A DNA stretch of 64,000 bases, from positions 1-64,000 of the forward strand of contig JAKMXF010000122.1 in NCBI GenBank assembly GCA_024704765.1, given 5' to 3'. The translations under genes and the position numbers were made by a program. This stretch comes from Oopsacas minuta (lineage: Eukaryota > Animalia > Porifera). The notes beneath the pieces are model-generated. The model was not told the origin of the DNA. It saw only the letters and a program-made list of their open reading frames with translations, and made no database searches. Below are positions 1 to 11,203 of this stretch, piece by piece. Each line of letters begins with the position of its first letter. Positions within the stretch are counted from its first letter, which is position 1.

Positions 1-3000
1 GATCTTAGCGATTATTCTGCTTTAATGTTCCTATATTATGGGCAAGAGATGGTGGAAATGCGGAATTTGTCTGTTGAGATTCACATATCTGATTCTGATG
101 CACATGGTAATTGTAAAAAACTTGCTTCTCGTCGAAATTATTTTTATCTCTGTAAAAAATATGGTCTTAATTCTCTTGCCTGTAAATTTGGCTTGACTCC
201 TGAACAATTCGGAGAAAATCTACGTGAATCATATCAGGTTCATGAACCTGATCAATTTCCTGTAGAACCTGAGGAGGCTTCTATTGAATACTTGAAGTTG
301 AACACCCCATTTAACACGATAGAAGCAATTCTGTCTGGTGCAAGACATATTGTCGCACTTCAAATCAGTCATGAACCTCAAATTAGAGCATATTTTCGGA
401 CATTATTTAGAAAAAGAGCAAGGGTCTTCACAATTCCTACAAACAAAGGAAAACTACATATAAATGATTGGCATTACTGTGCTCGCTATAAATATCTCAG
501 AGGTAAACCTGTGACCGATTTCAAAAATGATGAATTTCTCTTGTTGCTTCAAGCTGAGGAACAAGAGTTAATTCAATTATACATCACTCTTGATGAATCA
601 TTTTCATTGGATATCAATTTTAGTAATTATCAATTGGAACCAACAAGGAATATGCAAACATATTTCAATGAGATCAAGCATTTATATTTACGTGACGATT
701 ATAGTGCGGTTGTTACTAAATGGAATGAACAAAGAACTAAAGCCTTGTTCTTAGCTGTTCATAAATACTTATACCCAGTAATTACCCAGGAAATGAGATT
801 TTTGTTAAAGACAGAGGCCGAAAAACATGTAATTTGTCAGTCGATGGAAAAGTTGAGTCAATGGATAGATCAAGTACCATATTTATCATCATTAGATCGT
901 ACTTGTGGAGATTCTTCATTTCGCGATCTGATATTCAGCTCTGAACATCTCAATAGCACTCTAATTGCTTGTTCCATATTTCCTGAACATGATATCCCTG
1001 GATATCTGGTTGCATTGGACAAAGATGGGAATGTTGATAGTTATGCTAAACTCAATTTTCTAAAAAATAATTTACGAAAGGGTGATTCACATCAGCCAGA
1101 TTTTCAATTATTTAAAAAATTAATCATCACATATGAACCAAAAATAATTATTCTATCTGCCACTATTAGAAATATATATCACATTCGAGATGAGGTACAA
1201 GTTATTATCAACAATTTGAATGAAGGTTCGAATACTAGTCTTCATTCCCTTGTTGAAATTATGGATCCCAATCTAGCTAATGTCTCTTCCCAGTGCATGA
1301 ACCTTACTTCTGAATTTCCTGATTACCCTATACAATTACGCCATGCTATATCAATGGGTAGGAGAGCGCAAGATTCATTGACAGAGTTTGCATCTCTTGC
1401 TACAGTCCCTCAGAACTTACTATATTTACCTTTACATAATCTACAATCTAGAATTTCCCAGGAAGATTTATGCGATGCATTACAATTTCAGTTATGTAAG
1501 ACTGTTTCGAATGTTGGAGTAGATATCAATTCGTGTTTAAAATCTGAGCATAAATCTTGTCTTTTGAGCTTTGTCCCAGGACTTGGGCCAAGAAAGGCTT
1601 CTGCTTTATTAAAGAGACTCCAACAAGATGGTTCTATACTTGAGAATAGATCACAATTAATTACCATTTGCGAGATTGGCCCCACGGTATTTTTAAATTG
1701 TGCTGCCTTTATTAAAATAGATGTTAAAGATATTCGGGAAAAAGGTACTGATTCCTATATTGAAGATTTGGATGGCTCAAGAGTCCATCCAGAAACTTAT
1801 GATTGGGCGAAGAAAATGGCTGTGGATGCTTTGGAGTATGACGATACCACTGAGGATTTTGATTCTACAGAGGCAGTTCAACGAATTTTACAAAATTCTG
1901 AAAAGTTACGAGAACTAGATCTAGACGCATTCGCATCTCAGCTTGAGAAAGAGAACTTTGGTGATAAACGGGCAACTTTATATGACATACGAGATGAATT
2001 GGAAGGGGGATGTTTCAAAGATAGACGAAAACAATTTCAAGGACTCAATAAACAGGATGTTTTTGAAATCCTATTCGATAATCCTCTTGCTACTCACACT
2101 CAAAAGATATTCGTTAAGGGTAAACTAGTAACATGTAAAGTAGTTAATATTGAGAGACGGAAACCTACTCAAGAACAGTCTACTAAAATTAGTCCAGAAA
2201 GAAATGAGATAACTAGAAAATGGGCTTGTCCATTCTGTAAGAAGTCTGACTTTTCTGAATTTAGTCTTGTTTGGATACATTGTGATGAAGGATCTTGTCC
2301 TGGAGAAGCAATTGGGATACGGACTATACTAGAAAACGGTCTTTATGGCTTTATAAGTATCCATAATATTAGTTCTAGCACTGTTGTCAATGTAGAAAAT
2401 CATGTTCAAATTGGAATGACTATTACTTGTAGAATATTGAGTGTTAATTACCAAAAGTTTTCTCTAGAACTTTCTTGTAAATCTTCAGACCTTCAAGATG
2501 TTGAGAATAGATTTGTAAATCTCAAGGATAAGTTTTACGACTATAAAAAGGAGAAGGATGATACTGAGTGTGAGAAATCGTCATCCAAGAATGATTTGAA
2601 TCATTATATTAAGAGGATAATAGTTCATCCAAAATTTAAAAATTTATCTTATGAGGAATCCTTACCACTTTTAGAAAACCTGCTGGTAGGTGATTGTTTA
2701 ATTCGACCAAGTAGTAGAGGGTATAATCGTTTGACCTTATCTTTGAAAATTGATGACAATATTTATCAACATATTGACATAGTAGAGAAAGATAAAACTC
2801 ATACTTATTCTATTGGAAAATCTCTGTGGATAAATAATGAAGAATATGAAGATTTGGATGAAATCCTAGCAATGTATGTTAACAGAATATCAAACTTTCT
2901 CAAAGAATTGAGAACTCACAAGTGTTTCAGGCCTCCTTCAACCAACGAATTATCTACACTTGAAACACTATTAACTCAAGAAAAACGGATAAATCCATCC

Positions 3001-3450
3001 AGAATTCCATATTTTATTAGTCCTTCAGTGAATTTTCCAGGTAAATTTATCCTTGCATATACTCCAAAACTAAAAGCATTAACTGATTATATTTCTTTGA
3101 ACCCACAAGGTCTCAAGTTTAGAAATAAAATATTCGACTCACTGTCTCAAATGTTGAAATGGTTTAAAGATCACTATGTAATATCTTTGTGTAATAGGGA
3201 AGTATCTACTATAAGACCCTCTCAAAAAATCCCAACGTACCCTAAAAATAGTAGCATCGACGAAAGAACATTCTATTCAAGTAATTTATCAACACAAGAC
3301 AAACAATATACAGCTAAAGAATCTCTTGGACGTCCGAACCCTATCGCAAATTCTGAACATTATCAATCTGTTAGAACGAATTCCAACTACCAATTTCGAA
3401 CTCAAAAGCGACCATTTAAATACAAAAGTAGTATACATCCGTTTAAATAA
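1..3450 (+). CDS. SPT6: Transcription elongation factor / histone chaperone SPT6 (5'-partial; frame is open from base 1)
   Basis: 1141-aa ORF with SPT6 signature segments (GENLRESYQVHEPDQFP; LSFVPGLGPRKA HhH; LDGSRVHPETYDWAKKMAVDALEYDD; S1 domain with WACPFC...CPG insert; C-terminal tandem SH2 GDCLIRPSSRG...YEDLDEILAMYV). Bases 1-24 read DLSDYSAL in frame, so the gene starts upstream of the window. No introns in 3.4 kb. Confidence 0.97.
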   Translation, partial: DLSDYSALMFLYYGQEMVEMRNLSVEIHISDSDAHGNCKKLASRRNYFYLCKKYGLNSLACKFGLTPEQFGENLRESYQVHEPDQFPVEPEEASIEYLKLNTPFNTIEAILSGARHIVALQISHEPQIRAYFRTLFRKRARVFTIPTNKGKLHINDWHYCARYKYLRGKPVTDFKNDEFLLLLQAEEQELIQLYITLDESFSLDINFSNYQLEPTRNMQTYFNEIKHLYLRDDYSAVVTKWNEQRTKALFLAVHKYLYPVITQEMRFLLKTEAEKHVICQSMEKLSQWIDQVPYLSSLDRTCGDSSFRDLIFSSEHLNSTLIACSIFPEHDIPGYLVALDKDGNVDSYAKLNFLKNNLRKGDSHQPDFQLFKKLIITYEPKIIILSATIRNIYHIRDEVQVIINNLNEGSNTSLHSLVEIMDPNLANVSSQCMNLTSEFPDYPIQLRHAISMGRRAQDSLTEFASLATVPQNLLYLPLHNLQSRISQEDLCDALQFQLCKTVSNVGVDINSCLKSEHKSCLLSFVPGLGPRKASALLKRLQQDGSILENRSQLITICEIGPTVFLNCAAFIKIDVKDIREKGTDSYIEDLDGSRVHPETYDWAKKMAVDALEYDDTTEDFDSTEAVQRILQNSEKLRELDLDAFASQLEKENFGDKRATLYDIRDELEGGCFKDRRKQFQGLNKQDVFEILFDNPLATHTQKIFVKGKLVTCKVVNIERRKPTQEQSTKISPERNEITRKWACPFCKKSDFSEFSLVWIHCDEGSCPGEAIGIRTILENGLYGFISIHNISSSTVVNVENHVQIGMTITCRILSVNYQKFSLELSCKSSDLQDVENRFVNLKDKFYDYKKEKDDTECEKSSSKNDLNHYIKRIIVHPKFKNLSYEESLPLLENLLVGDCLIRPSSRGYNRLTLSLKIDDNIYQHIDIVEKDKTHTYSIGKSLWINNEEYEDLDEILAMYVNRISNFLKELRTHKCFRPPSTNELSTLETLLTQEKRINPSRIPYFISPSVNFPGKFILAYTPKLKALTDYISLNPQGLKFRNKIFDSLSQMLKWFKDHYVISLCNREVSTIRPSQKIPTYPKNSSIDERTFYSSNLSTQDKQYTAKESLGRPNPIANSEHYQSVRTNSNYQFRTQKRPFKYKSSIHPFK

Positions 3451-5051
3451 AATGTTTGAATTCATGTTTTATGTGGCATAATCTTGAGAGTCAATTATTG
3501 AATTCCCCCTATTACTTTAATAGGTTTCTTTTAATTGCAACTCAGGGAATTTGGTATACGACAGTTTCGAAGGTTACCTCAGCATCCCTATCCGCACCGT
3601 TGGTGTTGGCTAGAAGCCCACCTTTTCTAGTGTGAGTTCCTTACACACTTGAATTCTAGTAAGACATACCCCTTCGGCAAACAAAATTTGTACAGACTAC
3701 CCGAATTTAGTTTTTATTCCGAATGTGTGTTGTTTGGGATAAAAGATAAATTCAGGAAAAAAAAACAATAGCCTACTACATACAGGTTAATACACTGCTT
3801 TAGACCACGGATAAGATAAAGTAGAGTTTTTCATATAATGGAATTTACATCAATATCAATTATAATTGTACATCCTTTACACTCCCAATAATGATATTCC
3901 TGACTGCTGGCATAATTTTAGTTTGTCTTCATGAAGATAATGATCTTCCTATTCAAGTTATGATAAAAATGTGAATGAACAAGGGATATTACATAAAAAT
4001 ATAATATTATTAATTATAGGTAAGTTTAATCATCTTCTTTTGAATATCTTTGGGACAAGAGTTGCTAGAAACTATATTCTTGGCCTTGTTGTTGAACAAA
4101 CAGTTACTTGCAGTCATTTAATACAACGTAGCATATCTTTTCCGTTTGTACAACGATCAATACACTCAAAATCCCAATCCTCACATTCTTCAGCCTCAAT
4201 TCTAAGAATAGCCAGCTGAACTAAAACGGATTTAGCATTGGACCTGATAAGCAGTCTGAGGAGAGCTGGGGAAGATTCAACCCTAAGGAATACTTTTTAA
4301 CCAGTAAATATAGCATTTAGAATTTGATTAGATGGTCACTTTTAGTCCTTCTCGATCTAATAGCTGAATCAACACTAAGCTAGATTCAAAGCCTTCTATT
4401 TCAAGAGAATAAAATATTTTACAAGTTTTTTTTGCATTCTGGATTTTAGATGAAATTAATCCATATTCTTATTCAGAGTGATTATATCCACTTGTCTCAT
4501 TTTTGAAGAAAGGTGAGACTTCAGTGATAAGACCATGGTTATCATGTTATATCGTCTATGGGGTTTCTTTACTGTTCCGTTCTCAAGTTGGCCCAAGATA
4601 ATTTAAAGCATAGGTGATAATTCACTTGTATTACCATAATCTTATATAATTGCTTGTTTCAATGCTGAAATGCTACTTCTCTCTAAAAGATTAATTATCA
4701 CAATAAGTAATCATATTATCTTACAACATATAAAATAGGAGAATCTGGTGTCCTATGATGATAAGGTTTCACTTCAAGAGAAGTGCCAATAGTGAAATAT
4801 AGTGAACTGATATACTCGTTGTGTTGGTCAGATTGACAATATTCATTTGAGTAACTTTGGATTGCAAAATAACCTATTTAATTGGAAGAGCTATCGAGAT
4901 TTAGCGATCAAATCAGAGATGTCGTAATACATAATTTTGTTCTTCGTATAATTCTTTACTTAGCTTTAAGGCCTAAAGAAATACATTGCTCACAATTAAA
5001 ATTCTTTCTGATGAATATCAGGGCGTTCAATAAGTCTTGCGGGTCATGTTA

Positions 5052-5815
5052 TACGAAGGGCACTCGAAAAGTTTTGACGTTGAGCGACATATCAGATAGT
5101 AATAATAAAATTGACTATTACATTTTTCAAAATACTCTCCCTGACAATCCATACATTTTTTCATTCTGGTAAACCAATTATCAAAACATTTTTTCCACTC
5201 TTCTTTGGGTATGTCTCTGATCGCTTGGAAAAGTGCGCCCCTCAACTCCTCATTAGTCGAAAATCTCCTCCCACGTAATTGATCTTTGAGTCTAGGGAAC
5301 AACTAGAAGTCGCAAGGGGCTAAATCAGGACTGTAGGGTGGGTGAGGTAATGTTTTGAGTCCAGAATTTTCCAATAACTCACGAGTTCTGATTGTCGTAT
5401 GCGATGATGCATTATCATGATGAAGAAGAATCCTCTAATGTCTGTCTTCTCCCGCTGTGACTCAATTGCTGTGATGACTTTGGATAGGCACACTGTAGTG
5501 TACCAGTCGGCAGTAACAGTCTTTCTATCCTCGAGAGCAACAGCTTCGACAAACCCACTAGATCTGAAAAAAATCGCCCACATTTGTTTTCCAACAGATC
5601 TAGCCCTCCGCACTTTGGTTGGAGGTGGGGCATCTTCTTCAACACACTCCTTTGACATTTGCTTTGTTTCTGGATCATAATGGTATATCCGTGTCTCTTT
5701 ACCTGTAAGGATCTCAGAAACAGCTCTTGAACTTCCAGTAACAAACCTTTTGAGCATAATTTTGTAAAAGTCTATGAGGGATATTTCTTGCTGTAAGTTC
5801 AAAGAATGGGGGAGT
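5052..5815 (-). mobile_element. Decayed, 5'-truncated mariner (DD34D) transposon
   Basis: Minus-strand fragments IYHYDPETKQMSKE..., WAIFFRSSG...VTADWY, PHPPYSPDLAPCDF*LFPRLKDQLRGRRF...QGEYFEK. Mariner-type terminus TACGAAGGGCACTCGAAAAGTTTTG at 5052. Frameshift and stop present. Confidence 0.92.
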
Positions 5816-5827
5816 CAGTTTTTCATG

Positions 5828-6200
5828 ATCCGATCCGACCGGTCTGGTTTAAAACTCGACCACACCCGACCGCCCGACTAGTAACTTTGACTATACACTG
5901 CCTGGCCAAAAGTATTGGAACACCCTGCCACTTGTGACACAAGTGGCACACGGCGAGAATATGTTGAATATTCTGTGGATACAGCAGAAAGTAGAAATCT
6001 CTTTTGTTCAAGGTTGATGAATTAATATTTATTCAAAACTGTATGAAATTTTTAGTTATGGTCTAGTTTAATCGACTGCTAAGTTGAAGTTTTTGGTCAA
6101 TATGATTACAGTATCAAATTCAGATTTACCATATTCAGAAATTAAGACCGACCGGTACCCGACTCGACTCAACCGGTGCCGGTCAGACCCGACCGGTTCC
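5828..6200. mobile_element. Transposon-end debris: CCGAC/CCGG-rich subterminal repeats flanking a Tc1-like terminus
   Basis: CCGAC(C) repeats at ~5828-5880 and ~6146-6200. TA-CACTGCCTGGCCAAAAGTATTGGAACACC (Tc1-type TIR) at 5894. Confidence 0.5.
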
Positions 6201-6908
6201 ATCTCTGATATATATACCAGGACAGTGCTATCAAATTCTGCAAGATATGAGTTAAGTTTTTTTGAATTGAGCCTTTTCAGGGTAAGGAAATCCAAGGAAT
6301 CAGATTAGACTACTTAAAAAGTTCAAACAGTCATCTTCATCTAGTTTAGGCGCAATTATGCGATGATGTGTTCATTTATACTACTCTAGTGTTTTCATTT
6401 TTTGTTTAACAACGACAGTAATATCCTAATTGATTTTAGGATGTTTAATTTGTTCATTTACTCTACAATTAAGATAAAACCAAGTTCGACGATATATCAC
6501 ACACTTCAAAGGCCTTTCAATTGACAGGTTCCATCGCAATGTACTCCTCAGCCTATAGTATTGTTTTATTACATTTCGCTAATCCAAACAAATTAATTTA
6601 CAATTGTAACAGTGCTGTTCGGATTAGTGAGTGTATACAGTACTGACCTTCCTAAAGAATAACATCTTGTCACCCTGCTTGTAATTCATTGAGACGAGTT
6701 CACTGTACATTATGACTAAACCCAAATGAGTAACATTTATCCAGTTACAAGAAATTGTGTAATATACATGCTTACATACATAACTCTCATGCCATTTTCA
6801 TCGACTAGTATTCACTAGTAATAATGTAGAAAATGAGCATGAGCTATACTACAGGTATGTCTACGGACTATTTGTATTAATTCATACTTCTATATATATT
6901 TAGCAATA

Positions 6909-7748
6909 ATGGACACAAATAATCCTATTGAACCACAAGCTGTTGAGAATAATTTCGAGAGAGTGAGAAGTGAAATTGATTACATAAGGAAGATACAACC
7001 TCTACTGTGTGCTTTTAAGAGAGGAAAAGGAAATGATGAACTTGCCTATCCACCTTGTGTCACAGTTGACAAGATGACAGGATATATTTACATAGCAGAT
7101 TGTTTGAATGACTGTGTTAATGTATTTGACAGTAATTGTGAAGGAAAGATGTGCTGTCCAAGAAGATTAGTTATTTGTAGGAGTAAGGTTGTAATTTCTC
7201 ATGCCAACTGTATACTGAACTATAGCCTTGATGGTGAATATATTTCTAGAATTGGTAAACAGGGACAAGGAGAGTTAGAATTCAAATATCCTTTGGGTAT
7301 AGAAATCAACGAATCTAATGATGATATTTACATTTGTGATTCTAATAACAATCGAGTTCAAATACTCTCACAAGATTTCAAATACAAATCACAATTTGGT
7401 TCATTCGAATACCCTCGTGATGTTAAACTCTCTAAAGATTACATTTATGTGTTAGATGCATCTAATCCTTGTATCCATCTATTTAATCATAACCACATAC
7501 TCCAGAAGAGTGTAATTTCACTAGGATAAGGAAATCAAGTCGTTACTCCCCGATCATTCTTTATTGACAATCCTAACAACATTCTAATTGCTGATTATAA
7601 CTCTAATTCTATTTCTATCTTCAACCCAAAATTCCAATCAATTCACCATATTTCAGTTTCTAAGCATCCAACTTCAGTAACAGTAGACAATCATGATAGA
7701 GTTATAGTAGTGTGTGATCATACTGTAAACTGTCTACAGATATTTTGA
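6909..7748 (+). pseudogene. NHL-repeat beta-propeller gene copy A (premature stop, in-frame 33-bp deletion)
   Basis: The ORF stops at GGA-TAA (7527-7529) where paralogs have GGA-CAA. The frame continues GNQVVTPRSFFIDN...NCLQIF-TGA to 7748. It lacks 11 residues (TAKYIFKFGDS) present in paralogs. Confidence 0.9.
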
Positions 7749-7784
7749 TATAACACTCTGTCTATGTTTGTGTTTGTGACTTTG

Positions 7785-8419
7785 GGTGCGCTGCATTTGC
7801 TCGAAATAATGAGGTTGTCATGTTCGGCGAATTAATTCCGATGCATCATTTGTTTGATTAGTATTTTCCGATGTTGTCCTTGTTCGACTGGTAGAAAGCG
7901 CGGGATTTAGAAAATAGTACGGGATCATCATGGGATATTTACTAGGTTAGTTGGCAAAAGGTTGTATGAAGAGGGAATCGGGGATATTTATGCAAACTAT
8001 ATGGCGATGAATGTTTTGTTCTGATTGCTGTTTACTGTTCTGGGATAGCAGGTATTGTATTTATAGGATGGACAATGGAATCACAGTGATTTAACTGTTG
8101 TTACTTCTGGTAAAACTGACTGTAAGTGACTCTGTGTTTTATATTTGAGAAATTTGGACCAGGGACATTTTTGCTTTTAAGCTATTTTGAAGTGTCTTCT
8201 TTGTTTTATAGAAAATGTAGAAGATGACAATAATGTTGCAAAATACGGATATTAAAGGGTAGAAAAAGGTAGAAGGTTTGCAAAAATGGTAGTAGAAAGC
8301 GTGAGATTTAATAGTACGAATCGAACAAATGACAACATTGGAAATGATTAATTGAACATTTTACAACCTCATTATTTCGAACAAATGACAATATGCAGCC
8401 TCGAACAAATGAAAGCGCC
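7785..8419. mobile_element. Non-autonomous DNA element with imperfect TIRs and TCGAACAAATGA subterminal repeats (copy 1)
   Basis: Left GGTGCGCTGCATTTGCTCGAAATAATGAGGTTG is the inverse of right CAACCTCATTATTTCGAACAAATGA...TCGAACAAATGAAAGCGCC. Superfamily not determined. Confidence 0.5.
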
Positions 8420-9150
8420 AAATGAAATTCCAAACTTCATTTTTATCATTTGAATAATTTCTTTGCTTATTTATTCATTACTTCTTCCATTACTATTTGT
8501 TTATTATTGTAATTCTTCAATTCTACTTTTCTTTTCCTTATTTCATCTTCAAAATGTGTTTTTGATGGGTCTTTCCTCAAATTTTACAATTTTATGTATA
8601 CGACCACTGTTACTTAAGTATACAATTGTTCAGGTCCATCTGAGCATTCTGGCGTGTGGAATTTCATAATTACGAGCCTTTGGCTAGTTGCTCCGTGATA
8701 AACTCGCGCAATGCACCTCTATGTATCAATTATTCCCCAAAATGACGCCTCCTTTGAGTATTATACTATAGATATATTAGAACAATATAATAGTGAAAAG
8801 GGCGAGTTATTTCAACAAATGTCAATTGTCTAAGGCTAATTACAATGAAACAACTCTGAGAAAAATGAAAAGGGTGCTTCGAACTAAGGAAAAGAAAGAG
8901 AGTAATAGGGTAGAAATGTTGAGAAATATACCTAAGTCAGAGACTATCCCATATGATGTACATAGTGAGGACTGTATTTGGGATCAATAATCAGAAGATG
9001 TGGTATTTTATGATCATGGAAAATTACTCCTGTTGATTCTGATTGGCTGTAAAGAATCCATGTTTACATATGTAAGTGGAGTGATTTATGAAAATGAAGC
9101 TTTTGAAATAAGTTTACAAATTCGTAAGTTAGCTCCATCAAAGGCAGAAA

Positions 9151-9580
9151 AGAATTACTCCTGATGGAAATTGTCTCTTTAGTCACTATCCTACATGATT
9201 ACGGGTTCAGACCATTTACAATAGAGAAATTATAGAGTTGTTAATAACGAATATGAAAAATACATATCGAACCCAATGTATCAACTATTGCACCTCACAT
9301 TATGATTTGCTTCCTGAGGAGAATTGTAATACAATAGATTGTGACATATCGGTAGGTATGATGGATCGAGTAGGGTCGTAGGGAACTGACCTAGAACTGT
9401 TTCTAACAGCCCAACTCCTCAAAACCGACATTTTCCTATTAAACATATAGATCGTTGTTGGAACAAATTTTCAGGTTATGGATTCAACGACAGACACAAT
9501 GTGCATCCATAAACTGACAAGAGGTTGTACTACGTTTATATTGAGGCACTTTCAACCAGTTGCAAAAGTAAATACAATGG
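9151..9580 (+). pseudogene. Degenerate OTU-like cysteine protease domain (copy 1)
   Basis: Frameshifted translation RITPDGNCLF-S-LSYMITGSDH...GTDLELFLTAQLLKTDIF...HFQPV contains the OTU DGNC box, the 'EL..AQLL' helix and the C-terminal H(F)xP motif. Confidence 0.7.
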
Positions 9581-11203
9581 AGAGCGTGATAACTGATAGT
9601 TATGTTGAAGAAATCGATACAGAACAATGATATTCAAAGAATGAAAAGAAATAGTTAAGTATGGAGATTGATTAAAGTAGCGAATTACAGCAAAATAATG
9701 TTAGATCTTTTAGATATACGTATACTAGATTATATATACAAGATTAAGTGCTGGTAAAGTAATACTGGTAACTCTATCTCTATCAAACTACTAGAGTGAT
9801 TGTATGCAAGAAAAATACACTATTAACATATATAATATATAATATGACATAAACTTCCTGGGCTAGTATTGGTATAGTACAAATGGCATCTCTCTAACTT
9901 CACTGGTAACATAATTATAACGTGATAAAGTGTCCTCGATGTATTTCGCTGCCAACTTCACACTCATGGCGTTTCAGTGTATATTGATAAGAAAATGTTC
10001 ATGGCTTCGATGTTATTATAATTAAGTATATTTTCCTCTACAAATATCTGTTTATAGCGGTTTTTAACTGTTCGCTAAATCTTTATATGATAGTACCTCA
10101 ATCTTGTGTGACACTATTCGATCCATCCCAGACAACAACATGATTCGATTAGGTGATTTTAGTCAATGAGGTATTGATTAGACCACCCATATACTAGCGT
10201 CTCCCTCTTCATCATGGTAGTAACGTTTTTGCTGGACACAAGGGGTTATGAATTGTTTAATTATTTGCTGCCGGAGAACTTTGATTACCAGTAAGGCTTG
10301 TTCTTGTACAAGTACCATAGTTATTCAATAATAATCATGTAGTAAATGACCATGAGCTACACTACAGCTTAGTCTACTAAAGATAAGCCTGATCACTGAG
10401 TTAATTTTCACTGGACCAGGGATTAGAGGAAGTGGTTATATTTTTGATAGGAAAATCTATTATCGTGGATAATAGGCAGCTAGTATATTGTCACCGAAAA
10501 ATTGTATCATTGGTATGTAAGAATTCACAAAAGCCACTTTTGTGAATATTTTCAGATCGAAGTGACGGACGTAATCATGAATGTGCCCATAGATGTTCAT
10601 TTTTGAGATTGCGCAATAATCTTGAGAGATATCATATATTATAAGTGTATGGGATCCAAAGTACTCCAAATTCTACCAACTTGATTAGCAATCTAAATTT
10701 GAATAGGATTTCCAAAATTCTCATTCTATTTGCAAATTTTCTTCTTTTGATAACAAAGATGAAAAGTTTTTGAGACCATAAATACTAGTTATATACAATT
10801 ATGGCTAATATATAAAAGAATTTATTTAATGACGTAATTGATTTACAAAACTATGGTTGGTGGCGGAATACGGCACTTGTAGGGGAGTACAAATGAATTG
10901 GTGGAGGGACAAAATTGTCCCGAAATAATCTGTTTGGTTTATTTTCCGGGTGGCAGTGTACTAGATGATTACTATCGGTGAAATGCCTGATACGACAAGG
11001 ATGTCATAAGTCCTACCTATTTAATATACCTGCTCTATCTGAATTGAGCAACCAACCATTTTTGAGACATTATGCCACCTGTACACAAAATCTGAAATCT
11101 AACCTTCTATACACCACACATGTATACACATCTCCTGTTACTATTGTATTCTCCAATCTGCGCTAATTTAAGCTATTCTACCTCTTCTATCCATTTAGCA
11201 ACA

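Noticed and set aside
2215-2305. CxxC...HxxxxxC zinc-ribbon-like insert inside the SPT6 S1 domain
   Set aside because: An equivalent WxCPFC...CPG insert is a normal feature of metazoan SPT6.
3971-4400. Short ORF 3971-4219 and a minus-strand acidic/Cys stretch (EAEECEDWDFECIDRC)
   Set aside because: Fragmentary with stops and no family recognised.
11120-11203. 28-aa hydrophobic N-terminal extension of NHL-B (and of B', 31331-31414) suggested by the ORF track, resembling a signal peptide
   Set aside because: It spans the conserved TTTAG acceptor region, and the other four copies have no equivalent open extension. The ATG shared by all copies is downstream. Not fully excluded without 5' RACE.
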